64,000 nt of DNA, taken from the NCBI GenBank assembly GCA_038845975.1, contig JAWBQF010000003.1, positions 80,872 to 144,871 on the forward strand, in the 5' to 3' direction. The stretch comes from Candidatus Methanomethylicia archaeon (GTDB taxonomy: Archaea > Thermoproteota > Methanomethylicia > CALHIW01). Shown here in pieces: positions 30,795-41,521 of this stretch. Numbering within the stretch: position 1 is the stretch's first letter; the number at the start of each line of letters is the position of its first letter. The notes under the pieces were generated by a model. That model saw nothing but the letters and a program-made list of their open reading frames with translations. It ran no database searches and had not been told where the DNA came from. A program made the translations under genes and the position numbers.

Positions 30795-31712
30795 ATGTTG
30801 ACAGGTGAGATTATTATTAAAGCAGTGAATCTTACGAAGAGATTTGGGGAGTTAGTAGCTGTAGATAATGTAAGCTTCCATATTTTTAAAGGGGAATGTT
30901 TCGGCTTTCTAGGTCCTAATGGCGCGGGGAAAACAACAACTATGAAAATGATTTACTGTGTACTACCTTTAACCTCTGGTACATTAACAGTAGCAGGTAT
31001 GAATGTAAACGATAATGCAAGAGAGATAAAGAGAATAGTAGGAGTAGCTCCACAGGAAAATAATCTTGACTCAGATCTTACTGTTTTTCAAAATCTTATA
31101 GTTTATGCTCGTTACTTCGATATACCTAAGATGGAAGCCTATAAGAGAGCTAAAGAACTCTTAAAGTTTATGCAGTTAGATGGAAGAATGAATGCTAAAA
31201 TTGATCAGTTATCAGCCGGTATGAAGCGGAGACTTATTCTTGCAAGAGCTTTAATAAATAAGCCGCAAATACTAGTACTTGATGAGCCGACGATAGGTCT
31301 TGATCCTCAAGCACGTCATTTAATATGGGATAAAATAAGAAGTCTAAGAAGACAGGGTGTAACTATAATTTTAACTACTCACTACATGGAGGAAGCAGCA
31401 CAGCTTTGTGATAGGATAGCTATTATGGATCATGGAAGAATTATTGAGGAGGGTAATCCAGTAGAGCTTATTGAGGAGCATGTTGGTAAGTGGGTTTTAG
31501 AAGCAGCTTATGATGAGGAGGCTTTTAAATCTCTTGTAAACATCTTTCCAAACGTCCAGATAGTAGGTAGTAGAATACATGTTTCCATCAATAAATCGAG
31601 AAGTGTTTTTAGAGATGTTTTAAGTAGGTTAAGCTTTAAGGAGGTTGTAGTAAGGGATGCAAATCTTGAGGATGTATTTCTAAAATTAACAGGGAGGAGG
31701 CTGCAGGAATGA
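30795..31712 (+). CDS. ABC-2 exporter ATP-binding subunit (NodI/DrrA-like)
   Basis: GPNGAGKTT, LSAGMKRR, LDEPTIGLDPQ. Confidence 0.93.
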   Translation: MLTGEIIIKAVNLTKRFGELVAVDNVSFHIFKGECFGFLGPNGAGKTTTMKMIYCVLPLTSGTLTVAGMNVNDNAREIKRIVGVAPQENNLDSDLTVFQNLIVYARYFDIPKMEAYKRAKELLKFMQLDGRMNAKIDQLSAGMKRRLILARALINKPQILVLDEPTIGLDPQARHLIWDKIRSLRRQGVTIILTTHYMEEAAQLCDRIAIMDHGRIIEEGNPVELIEEHVGKWVLEAAYDEEAFKSLVNIFPNVQIVGSRIHVSINKSRSVFRDVLSRLSFKEVVVRDANLEDVFLKLTGRRLQE

Positions 31713-32509
31713 GTATTACTACTTCAATTTCTCTTCTCAAGTTACCTAGGCTTTCATACCGTGTATGGAAGGTATGGAGGAGGAATTTAGATGTATTTAT
31801 GAAGACATATAGAGTAAACTTTATTCCCCCATTACTAGAACCTATACTTTACCTGGTGGGTTTAGGATTTGGTCTTGGAGGCTATGTTCAACCTCAAGAT
31901 GGTTTACCCTACATAAACTTTATTGCTCCAGCTCTAGTAGCTATATCAATGATGTTTTCATCTTTCTATGAATGTACCTATGCTTCATTTGTTAGAATGT
32001 ATTATGAGAAGGTTTTTGATGCAATAATCGCTACACCTGTAAGTCTTGAGGAGGTTATAGCCGGTGAACTACTATGGGGAGCTACGAAAAGCCTCATAAA
32101 CTCCTCTATAGTTTTAGTTGTTACTATTGTTTTCGGCTTGGTTTCCAGTCCGTTTTCTCTATTAATTATACCTCTCTCCATTCTTGTAGGGTTGCTGTTT
32201 TCATCAATAGCTATGTGTTTTACAGCTATAGTACCTAATATAGATTCGTTTAACTATCCATCCTTCCTCTTCATAACTCCAATGCTTATTCTAAGCGGTA
32301 CATTCTTCTCCATAGTAAGCCTTCCACTTGGGATACAGATATTCATTAATATTTTCTTCCCCTTAACTCATGTAGTAGCTCTTACAAGAGCATTAGCAAT
32401 AGGTAAGCTTACCGTAGACCTTATACTTCACTTCTTCTGGCTTCTAATAGTTACTTCTATCCTATTTATTCTATCCATAGGTTTGATGAGGAGGAGGTTA
32501 ATTAAGTAA
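31709..32509 (+). CDS. ABC-2 exporter permease (NodJ-like)
   Basis: 6 TM; LEPILYL, LSGTFF, PLTH; ATGA overlap with ATPase. Confidence 0.9.
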   Translation: MSITTSISLLKLPRLSYRVWKVWRRNLDVFMKTYRVNFIPPLLEPILYLVGLGFGLGGYVQPQDGLPYINFIAPALVAISMMFSSFYECTYASFVRMYYEKVFDAIIATPVSLEEVIAGELLWGATKSLINSSIVLVVTIVFGLVSSPFSLLIIPLSILVGLLFSSIAMCFTAIVPNIDSFNYPSFLFITPMLILSGTFFSIVSLPLGIQIFINIFFPLTHVVALTRALAIGKLTVDLILHFFWLLIVTSILFILSIGLMRRRLIK

Positions 32510-32808
32510 GCTTAATAACTCTAAAAGCTTAATATGAAGCTCATTGATGAGCCTATACTGTCTAACATAGTAAGATGAAGTTAAAGCTTAGCTATAATCT
32601 TACTTTTAATAAACTGTATATAGCTTTCCGAAATGTATTTATAAGGTATTTTATAGTAGGTTGCATATTGTTGAGATTGGTATTACATGGATTTAAGTAG
32701 TGTTTAAAATTAGTAAAATAGTTAAAGTCTTAAATCTATGTTAGCTATATAGCTTTAGTATCTTAGTAGCTTATCATGTATATTCCGTGAAGTATATATG
32801 TTTGTTCT

Positions 32809-34281
32809 ATGGATTTGTATGGTGGCTGTATGGGGTTATTAAGGTTTAGGAGGAGAGTTAAGCTTAATGTTGTTGATAGGGGTTCTCTTGAGAAAATTCA
32901 TTTAGCTTCTCTTCAGATACTTGAAGAAGTAGGGGTTTATGTTTATAGTTTAAGAGCTTTAAAGATATTGGAGGATCATGGATGTAAGGTTGATAAGAGG
33001 AGGATGAAGGCTAAAATAAATTCAGATATTGTTGAGGAAGCATTAAGGAAATGTCCTAGGGAATTTACATTGCATGGAAGGAATCCTAACTATAATCTTC
33101 ATCTAGATGGTTCTCAAACATATCTATTTACTAATGGAACCTGTACTCTAATTATGGATTTAAATACTGGGGAGAGGAGGAAAGCAATCTATAATGATAT
33201 TGTTGAAACAGCTATTCTAGCTGATGCCTTAGAGGGGATTCATGGATACTATCCTACAGTTATTCCCTCGGACTGCCCTGAGTATCTACATGGACTCTAC
33301 GAGTTGGAAGCATCATTAAACAATACTGAGAAGCATATTATGCTTGGCTCAACATCAACGTTTAGAGAGGCGGAGCTACAGGTAAAGATGGCTGAAGCTG
33401 TTATTGGTGAGTTACGTAGGAAGCCAATAATTTCTAGTGTATTCTGTACTTCATCACCTTTAAGACTTGATGGAGAGGCTATAAATGCAGTATTAGAATT
33501 TGCTAGGGTAGGTGTTCCTATTAGAGTGATGAGTATGCCTATACAGGCTGTAAGCTCACCAGTAACTATTGCTGGATCTATAAGTATAGCTAATGCTGAG
33601 ATTCTAAGTGTAGTATCAATAGTTCAGCTAGCATATCCTGGAGTACCCTTAATATATGCTTTAGACCCTATAGGTATAGAGCCGAGAATGGGGAGGTTTA
33701 CAGCATGTACACCAAGTACATTACTAATTAATTGTACAGCTGTTCAGCTTGCAAGAGAATATTATGGTATACCCTGCGGTAATGGCTTTACATCAGCATC
33801 TAAAATACCTGATTCCCAAGCAGCTTATGAAGTAACTTTAACAGCACTATCAATGATGGCTTCAGGCGCTGATATTGTATCCGGACCTGGTGGATTAGAG
33901 AATTATAATGTATTCTCATATGAGCAATTCTTAATAGATTATGAGGTATGTATGTTGATCTTCAATATGTTGAAGGGGTTTGATATAGATGAGGATAGTT
34001 TAGCTCTAGATACTATATCTAGGAAAGTAGATAGTGGAATATTTCTAGGTGATAAGCATACTCTTAAACATATACGTAGCCTATGGACACCATTAATCTC
34101 AGATTTAAATCCCTATGAAACATGGATAAGAAGAAATATTGGAAACATTACTCAGAGAGCAGGAAGTAAAGCTAGAGAAATTCTTAAAGTACATAAGCCA
34201 ACACCATTAGATCCAGATATACAGGAAAAACTGAGAAGTATAGTTAAAGAGGGATGGGTCTTAATGAAGCCTAGCCCCTAA
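32809..34281 (+). CDS. MttB-superfamily corrinoid methyltransferase, non-pyrrolysine (start probably 32830)
   Basis: IHLASLQILEEVGV, SPLRLD, SPVTIAG, ANAEIL, SKIPDSQAAYE, FSYEQFLID; no in-frame TAG. Confidence 0.9.
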   Translation: MDLYGGCMGLLRFRRRVKLNVVDRGSLEKIHLASLQILEEVGVYVYSLRALKILEDHGCKVDKRRMKAKINSDIVEEALRKCPREFTLHGRNPNYNLHLDGSQTYLFTNGTCTLIMDLNTGERRKAIYNDIVETAILADALEGIHGYYPTVIPSDCPEYLHGLYELEASLNNTEKHIMLGSTSTFREAELQVKMAEAVIGELRRKPIISSVFCTSSPLRLDGEAINAVLEFARVGVPIRVMSMPIQAVSSPVTIAGSISIANAEILSVVSIVQLAYPGVPLIYALDPIGIEPRMGRFTACTPSTLLINCTAVQLAREYYGIPCGNGFTSASKIPDSQAAYEVTLTALSMMASGADIVSGPGGLENYNVFSYEQFLIDYEVCMLIFNMLKGFDIDEDSLALDTISRKVDSGIFLGDKHTLKHIRSLWTPLISDLNPYETWIRRNIGNITQRAGSKAREILKVHKPTPLDPDIQEKLRSIVKEGWVLMKPSP

Positions 34282-34340
34282 ACATTTATTCAATCAATAA
34301 CCAATTTATTAGTTGTAGTAAGTGAATAAACTATTATGGT

Positions 34341-35375
34341 TTAAGTTAATTGTTGTCCACAGTTTGGACAGAATTTTGCTCCGGGAGTTATCTGTACACC
34401 GCATTTAGGGCATTTCCCGGATTGTAGCGGTATACCACAGCCTGCACAGAATCTTGCATTTAGTGGATTTATGAAGTTGCATTTAGGGCACTGTAATCCT
34501 CCAGCTACTATTTGGGAGCCACAGTTCATACAGAACTTTGCACCTGAAGGATTCATGAAGCCGCATTTAGGGCATGGTTGCTGTGTTAATGGTTGCTGTG
34601 TGGATGGCTGCATCATCATTGGAAGTATCATTCCAACCCCTATCCCCGCTCCTGCACCTGCCCCTGGTGCTTGCGAGACTGCCTTAGCGCTTTCCTTAAC
34701 AGTCTCCATTCTAAGCATGTCAGCTGCACTTACTCCTGTTCTTAGGTAGAATATTCTATCTCTCCATTCAGGCTCAGTATCTATGCCTTCAAACTTAACA
34801 TCAATAAGTTCAAGTCCAATTCTTCTGAAATCCTCTTGGAGAGTGTTTTTTGCTAGAAAGCTTGTTTCATCAAGCTTTCCATATACTTGTGCTAGGTTAT
34901 ACTGGCTTAAGGCATCAATAATTTTCTCATTAAAGTATCCTCTTAGAAATTCCTGAAGCTGAGATGTTGTATAGATGTTTTGCCCTCCAACAACTTCTTG
35001 AACAAATAGATTTGGCTCCTCAACTCTAAACCAGAAGGAGCCGAAGAACTTTATCGGTGCAAGCTCTATTGTCTGTCCTTTCGCTCCGAATTTTCCTTGA
35101 AGCTGTTTAAGTGAGATAAATATTACTGATGCTTTAAATGGAATCTTATCGAAGCCGGAAATCCTTGAAAGTATGCCTGTTATTAATGGTAGGTTTGCTG
35201 TTGTTAATACATGTCTACCAGCTCTGAAAACATCATATACTTTCCCATCCCTAAAAAATACTGCTGCTTGATGCTCCTCAACTATTAATACATCACCCCA
35301 AGATATTTCATCGCTTGGATACCTCCATACAACATCATCTCCTCTATATCCTATCCACTGTATGACTTTAGGCAT
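34341..35375 (-). CDS. SPFH (band-7) domain protein with C-terminal zinc ribbons (YdjI-like)
   Basis: LIVEEHQAAVFFRDG...GRHVLTTANLP; GAGAGAGIGVG linker; three CPKC...FCxxCG repeats. Confidence 0.9.
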   Translation of the reverse strand: MPKVIQWIGYRGDDVVWRYPSDEISWGDVLIVEEHQAAVFFRDGKVYDVFRAGRHVLTTANLPLITGILSRISGFDKIPFKASVIFISLKQLQGKFGAKGQTIELAPIKFFGSFWFRVEEPNLFVQEVVGGQNIYTTSQLQEFLRGYFNEKIIDALSQYNLAQVYGKLDETSFLAKNTLQEDFRRIGLELIDVKFEGIDTEPEWRDRIFYLRTGVSAADMLRMETVKESAKAVSQAPGAGAGAGIGVGMILPMMMQPSTQQPLTQQPCPKCGFMNPSGAKFCMNCGSQIVAGGLQCPKCNFINPLNARFCAGCGIPLQSGKCPKCGVQITPGAKFCPNCGQQLT

Positions 35376-35377
35376 TT

Positions 35378-35899
35378 CTACACCTCTATAGATTTCAATA
35401 TTTCAACTCTACAATCTATAAGTTGATCAATTTCCTCGGTAAGCTCTGTAAGCTCTGTTAAACATTTTCTCCAATCTTCAGATCCAGGAGTTTTACTGCT
35501 AGCATCCCTAACCTTTCTTAGAATTTCCTCTGTTTTCTCTATTAGACTTAGATCATGCTCAATAACTTTATCAAGCCTCCACTCATCAACCTTTACAATA
35601 TCGAAAAATCCAGAGTAGCCTGCAATAGCTTTATCAATTCTCTGGGTAATTCTATCCATTCTGTTTAGAAGCTGATCGAAAACCCATTTATCTTCATCGT
35701 TAAGCTTAGATATAACTATAGGGTTTGAAAGCTGTATTCTCAATTCTTTTTTAGCTCTTCTCAGCTTACTCGTAGCCTCCATTCTTACAAGTCTATCAGT
35801 TTCTCTTCTAACCTCCTTCTCTTTATATCCTCTATATCCTGGAATATAGCTTAAAATCTTTTCTAAAATTCTTAACTGGGGCTTAACCTTACCACTCAT
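35378..35899 (-). CDS. Helical/coiled-coil hypothetical protein
   Basis: IPGYRGYKEKEVRRETDRLVR; tight operon spacing. Confidence 0.75.
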   Translation of the reverse strand: MSGKVKPQLRILEKILSYIPGYRGYKEKEVRRETDRLVRMEATSKLRRAKKELRIQLSNPIVISKLNDEDKWVFDQLLNRMDRITQRIDKAIAGYSGFFDIVKVDEWRLDKVIEHDLSLIEKTEEILRKVRDASSKTPGSEDWRKCLTELTELTEEIDQLIDCRVEILKSIEV

Positions 35900-35903
35900 A
35901 TTC

Positions 35904-36212
35904 TCACCTTCTACTAGGAACTAGTATTAGTAGCGCAAGGATAGTTATAAGTATTCCTATCCAGAAAATAGGGTTAATGAACTCTATGGAAATAGTTGCT
36001 AAGCCAGTAATGGTAAGTATAAAACACCATGCAAGATAAAACCTAATATCTCTTGTAAAGAAGCAGTAACCGCCAATACCAAGCCCAACTATAATTAGTA
36101 TACATCCAATAGCGAAGTTAAGAATCCAAGGAATAATACCAATAGATAATGCAACTATAAAGATACCAATTACAATAAGTAGAGAAGCTAAGTAAACATC
36201 ATTAATCCTCAT
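35904..36212 (-). CDS. 4-TM small membrane protein
   Basis: Four hydrophobic helices; TATA ~25 nt upstream. Confidence 0.7.
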   Translation of the reverse strand: MRINDVYLASLLIVIGIFIVALSIGIIPWILNFAIGCILIIVGLGIGGYCFFTRDIRFYLAWCFILTITGLATISIEFINPIFWIGILITILALLILVPSRR

Positions 36213-36300
36213 ATTGAAAATTAAACATAGATAAATATAAATCTTTCAGTTTTATGATAACTATTTAAACTATATGTGTATTCCTAAACTCTTTATAAAG

Positions 36301-36897
36301 TTATTTTCTAGGTGCACCGCAATGTGGACATGTTGTTGCTGTTTGGGGTATTAGTGTCCCACAGTATTGGCATTGTATCATTACAACCTCACGGATAACA
36401 ACCTCTTTCTCCTTAACAATAGGTGCTACGCTTGGCTGAACTACATCAACTTCAATAGTTTCACTTACCCTATCAAGTCTCCCCTTAACAGCAATAACAC
36501 CCTTAATTGTCCATTTAACCCTTCTATCTATGCTTTTATAGCTTGGTCTTCCAGTAGCTGGAATACCTATACTGAATGGGAAAGATTTATTGAAGCCTAC
36601 ATTTATATGTATCGGACCGCTAAGTATAGGATTTGCGGAGTATAGCGTCGCAGACTCCCATACCTCCCTTTCAACTTCATGTTTAAGCCTCTCATCATAA
36701 ATCCTCCTTAAAACCTTCCTCTCTTCAACACATCGAACTTCACATCTAATTTGCTCAGCATCGAAATCCTCACTTGAAGATACCGTTAAATCCCCATCAA
36801 TACTCTCACCTAAAGCAAAACTATTCCTACTAACTCTTAATGAAAGGGTAGCTTTTGGTGGAGTAAGCTTCTTCATAAATTTGTCAAGAAGAGGCAT
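36301..36897 (-). CDS. Arrestin-N/SpoOM-like beta-sandwich protein with C-terminal zinc ribbon
   Basis: FALGESIDGDLTV...FPFSIGIPATGRPSY...VKWTIKG pattern; CQYCG..CPHCGAP; GGTGA RBS. Confidence 0.7.
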   Translation of the reverse strand: MPLLDKFMKKLTPPKATLSLRVSRNSFALGESIDGDLTVSSSEDFDAEQIRCEVRCVEERKVLRRIYDERLKHEVEREVWESATLYSANPILSGPIHINVGFNKSFPFSIGIPATGRPSYKSIDRRVKWTIKGVIAVKGRLDRVSETIEVDVVQPSVAPIVKEKEVVIREVVMIQCQYCGTLIPQTATTCPHCGAPRK

Positions 36898-36987
36898 TTA
36901 CTCACCCAAATTTAACATAAAGCATTCACCAAATCCAGTATAACCTATCTCCTCTAAGCTGTATTTAAACTTTTACTAGATCTATTA

Positions 36988-37699
36988 GGCTTTGTTAACT
37001 TTAGATTTATTTGGGAGTTCCCTCCCCTATTTATGGTGTGTTTATGGTTAAAGTTGTTAGGTTTTAGGGAGAGAACTCCATTTACTCTAGTTGTTTATGG
37101 TGCTTACATATATTTTCGTTCTTCTAGAATGGCTTCGGATATTTTAAGCTTCATTATTGTTAGGAGTTATGTATCTATATTATCGTGGTTTATCTTAATC
37201 TTCTATTGATGGGAGGGATGTTAGATTTTATGGTTGATGATACTATTATTAGTGTAGGTTCTAAGAGTAAGGTTGTTTATGTTGCATTTGAGCCATTATT
37301 AAGAAGGATTCTATATGTATGGTTTGTGATGCTGCAAACATACTTACATCTCTAGCATTCCTTAGAAAATTAGAGCTATTTACGGTTCTAATATAGTTTA
37401 TTAAGTGATGGAGCTCAATACTATAAGCATCATGTAGAATATTAAAATTAAAACATGAATTGTATAGTTTAGAGGTTAGAATAATGGAGGGAATAATACA
37501 ATATATTAAGGATAGAACTAGATTATTCGATAACTACATACCATGCATGAAGGATAAATGCGATAATGAGCATTAATGCTTATGAAGTCAATAGCATACA
37601 TACTAAACAAACATGGATAAGGAAAATAAAAGCTAAGAATTCATAGAAAACATAATACCAAAAATAGAGGTGATAAAACATGCTTAAGTTAACAAAGCC
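36988..37699 (+). mobile_element. IS6-family element, frameshifted
   Basis: TIR ggctttgttaactt; perfect 8-bp TSD atctatta; VDDTIISVGSKSKVVYVAFEPLLRRI remnant. Confidence 0.92.
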
Positions 37700-38395
37700 A
37701 TCTATTAGTATAAAATTTTGAAAAGCCCCATCTTTGGGTTATTGGATATGGATGATATGAGAAAACTTTAATTGAGCTATATACAAGAGCCTTGCAGAAT
37801 CTTGTATAAGGAGTAAATAGAGGAGCAGAGTGGAAAATCTTGAAAGACTTAAACCGTAAGGAGGAGACATAGATGCTACTGAAGTATATCAGTTCAAGCG
37901 GATCACGCATGGTACTCAGCTAGCCTACATAGTATAGGAATATGCTGAGATCGCAGCTTATTCAGCCCTGAAACGGAATCGTTGAGGCTTTCAAGCAACA
38001 CGGAAACCAAATAAAATGTAAACATCTATCATATCTCCGTATGATGTTGAATGTTTGTATGATCTGAGATACCCTTTCCGCAAATATGAGCTAATCGCTG
38101 AGGAGAAGTTAAACCATACATAAACCAAGGAATCTAAATGAAGGATAGGGCTATGAATATGGAAAACATGGTATTTCATAGGGTGAATTCACATATATTC
38201 GATTGCTTTTACAAGCTACATTGGAAGTTTAAAGCAGAATGATATTTGCTTAAAAGCTTGTGGGAGAGTGATTGAAGTAGGATGAACAAGCCGTAAAGCA
38301 GATATCTTATCAAAATCATTTACTATAACTTATATGGACAACTAGGAGGCTAAATTATATTTATTAGAGCATGTTTAATTATATTGGGTTAAATC

Positions 38396-39094
38396 TTGCT
38401 TATTCTTATTTTAGCTGAATCCGCTCTTGAAACTGTTCCAGACGAAATAGCTAATCATCCAGTTATTAGAAGGTACTCTAAAAAAAGAGGTAAGGATCCT
38501 AATTTGGTAATTCTCGATCGTTCATATCATCATCGTGCAATGCTTAATCTTCCTAATGGATTTAAGAGGGGGAGACCTGATATAGTCCATTTTTCCCTAC
38601 TTTCAGCTTTAGGAACGCCATTAGTAAGGGAGAAATTAATGGAAGTATATGTACATACCATAGCTAACTATGTAATCTATATTAATCCTGAAGTTAGAAT
38701 TCCTAGAAATTATCTACGCTTTATAGGGTTAATGGAGCAGCTATTCCAGTATGGAATGGTCCCGCCAAACAGTAAGAATCCCCTCATGAGAGCTGCAAGG
38801 AAAAATCTTAGAGACTTACTATATGAACTAAATCCCAACTATACCGTAGCATTTACAAGAAGAGGTATTGCTCAAACTTTAGAGGACGCTATGTCCAGAA
38901 TTATGAGTAGAGGAAAGATTGCCGTTCTAGTAGGCGGTTTCCCTCATGGTGGATTCTCCGAGGAAACATTAAGACTTGTAGATGAGACTATATGTATCGA
39001 TCCTGAAACTCTTGATGCTTGGACGGTTGTATCTAGAATAATTTATGAGTATGAAAGAATCAGTAATATTACTAAAAGAAGAATTAAATTATAG
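38396..39094 (+). CDS. nep1: 16S rRNA pseudouridine N1-methyltransferase Nep1
   Basis: ILAESALE, LDRSYH, RGRPDIVH, RIPRNYLRFIGL, VGGFPHG. Confidence 0.95.
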   Translation: MLILILAESALETVPDEIANHPVIRRYSKKRGKDPNLVILDRSYHHRAMLNLPNGFKRGRPDIVHFSLLSALGTPLVREKLMEVYVHTIANYVIYINPEVRIPRNYLRFIGLMEQLFQYGMVPPNSKNPLMRAARKNLRDLLYELNPNYTVAFTRRGIAQTLEDAMSRIMSRGKIAVLVGGFPHGGFSEETLRLVDETICIDPETLDAWTVVSRIIYEYERISNITKRRIKL

Positions 39095-39254
39095 AAACAT
39101 AGGTTAAATTGTATTTTAAGAACGGTTTTAATCCATTTCAAGTTGTTTATCATTATAATTATTTCAGCTCTAACAAAAGTAGATATTTCAGCTAAATGAG
39201 AGCTACTATAGTTTAGTAGAAATAGATGAGTATTATATCGTCTTTTATATTAGT

Positions 39255-40859
39255 TTATGATAATATGCTTTCCATTATTTTCCCGGCTACTTCCTCAATT
39301 AGTGGTATGCCCGTAGCTTTAGAAGCTCTTTCAGATAATGCTACTAAATCGTTTCTATCAAGTAGATTAAGCTTCCACTTTCTTGCTCCAGCCATTAATT
39401 GCTGTAAGCCAATCCTGATCCTATCCATATATGTATATAGGCCAACTGCTCCCCAAGGTATTTCTCTAAATCTCTCCTTGAATATGGCTTTTAAATCTGG
39501 AGCACTTATGAAGAATTTTTCAGGAGAATTACCGTAAAGCTCTTCAAAGCTTCTTGGTAGTTTGCCCTTTTCAGCTAGCTCAGCGAAGTATGATGCCTTC
39601 ATTACGGCAGTTAATGGTGCTCTACCCATCAATATAGCTTTCACGTAAGGCCCATTACCGAAGTTGCTTAATGCGATTGATTTGAATATTTGTGTTTCAT
39701 CAATGAATCCTCCAGCCATGACTATGTCAGGTATGTATTTACCTTTTCTTTTAAGGATTTCAGCACACTTTAAGACTTGTGCTTCAAGATAAACTGTTGG
39801 TGTACCCATTTCATTCATTTGCGGTACAGGACTCATTCCAGTACCGCCACCAGCTCCATCGAAAACAACATAGTCAATCTTGGCTTCAGAGGCAACCTTC
39901 ATAGTGAAGGCTACAGCCTCCGGACTATAAGCTCCTGTTTTTAGGCTTATCTTCTTTGCTCCATGCTCTCTTAGCCACTCGATATCCTCAATAAATCCTC
40001 TCTCCGTAGGTATTCCAACACGGCTATGTCTCTCAAATGTTTTGAAGACTCCTTGCTTAAATGCCTCCTGAACTCCAGGATCTTCAGGATCAGGTATTAC
40101 TATGTATCCTCTCTTCTTTAATAGAATAGCTTTCTGTAAATCATTTATTCTAACTTCTCCACCTATTGCTTTTGCTCCTTGTCCCCATTTTCTTTCAATA
40201 ACGTTTACTTCAAGTCTTGATATTGCATAGATATCTACTCCAAGTCTTTGATCCTCAACATTTGTTTGAACAGCTATATCTCCATATTTTCCATCCCAGA
40301 ATTTCCGGAAGGCCTCAACTCTTCTCTTAAGTTCTGATGAATGAACAACTTTACCGTTTTCAATTCTTGATTCGGGATCCATTCCACATACATTCTCCCC
40401 TATAGTAACTATTATTCCGGATAGTGCTCCACCAATTGCTAATCCATCCCAATTCAGTCTTGCTACCTCAGTAGAGCCGTAAGCACCTATTATTATCGGT
40501 ATTTTAAGAGGAATACCTCCAACCTCAGTTTCTACATTAACATTTGGGAAAATAGCTACATCAGGATTCTCATCTATACCTATTACACCTAAAAGTCTAG
40601 ATTGAATATTGAAGTGGGACCAATCCAAACCATAATCTTTCAGGGATCCTGCTGTACTATTCCCGAACATGCTTGGATCTGGATAGAGAGCTTCTCTTCC
40701 CCTAAATGCTGAGAGCGAAACCATACATATAACTGGGCATCCCTTAATACATATCGGGCATAAACCGCTAATTGGGCAAACATCTTCAACTCTTGTTCTT
40801 GTTCCGGTTGTAGACATAGCATTTAAATATGAGGAATTTCTATGAATAGGGCCAGGCAT
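39255..40859 (-). CDS. FMN-binding glutamate synthase family protein
   Basis: IGENVCGMD, KWGQGAKAIGGE, DGAGGGTGMSP; N-terminal Cys cluster. Confidence 0.92.
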   Translation of the reverse strand: MPGPIHRNSSYLNAMSTTGTRTRVEDVCPISGLCPICIKGCPVICMVSLSAFRGREALYPDPSMFGNSTAGSLKDYGLDWSHFNIQSRLLGVIGIDENPDVAIFPNVNVETEVGGIPLKIPIIIGAYGSTEVARLNWDGLAIGGALSGIIVTIGENVCGMDPESRIENGKVVHSSELKRRVEAFRKFWDGKYGDIAVQTNVEDQRLGVDIYAISRLEVNVIERKWGQGAKAIGGEVRINDLQKAILLKKRGYIVIPDPEDPGVQEAFKQGVFKTFERHSRVGIPTERGFIEDIEWLREHGAKKISLKTGAYSPEAVAFTMKVASEAKIDYVVFDGAGGGTGMSPVPQMNEMGTPTVYLEAQVLKCAEILKRKGKYIPDIVMAGGFIDETQIFKSIALSNFGNGPYVKAILMGRAPLTAVMKASYFAELAEKGKLPRSFEELYGNSPEKFFISAPDLKAIFKERFREIPWGAVGLYTYMDRIRIGLQQLMAGARKWKLNLLDRNDLVALSERASKATGIPLIEEVAGKIMESILS

Positions 40860-41521
40860 TTCATCACCAAATCTATATTAGGTGTATGAGTAGCTTATTG
40901 CCTAAATATAAATTTTTCGGTAAGATGAATCTGGAGCCCATATTTACCACTAACAATTAGGTGCCGGTTACCGGTTGCCGTATATAAGTTTTTCTACAAA
41001 ACAATATTCCGTTTTTCAAACTAACTGCCTCAAATTATAGAAGTTTCATGCATTTATAATTTACTATATTAAGAGTTCTTCGAATAATCTCACATAGAAT
41101 TAGGACGAAAAAGAAACCAATTCAATAGAATTAATTCTTTAACAGCTTTATAGCTTAATTTAGTGTTATAATTTATAAGTTTTGATTACAGCTTAACTAT
41201 AAGGCTTCCAAGCTATACTACCATTACTAAATCATGTAGATCAAACCATAATGTTAGAACCCTCTATTATAAGTTAACTAAAATAAGTAATGAAGTGAAA
41301 ACTTAAATCAACTATTAGCAACATATACTACCAGATTTACCATCTATTCTATAGATGCTAAATAACTTATATAATACTTAACCTAACCAAAACTTTAATA
41401 CTACAAATTCCAACACACACATCATGAGTTTCTAAGATTAACAGAGCTTATTAGCTGTAAACTAGGTATAGGTATATGGATGCTTATAAGCTTATAGTAG
41501 GTATGGTTAGTTTACATAGTT

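Noticed and set aside
32809-34281. Pyrrolysine read-through in MttB
   Set aside because: ORF is continuous with no in-frame TAG
37700-38330. Higher-GC stretch with short ORFs 37689 and 37991
   Set aside because: Looks like a decayed gene but I could not assign a family or stable structure
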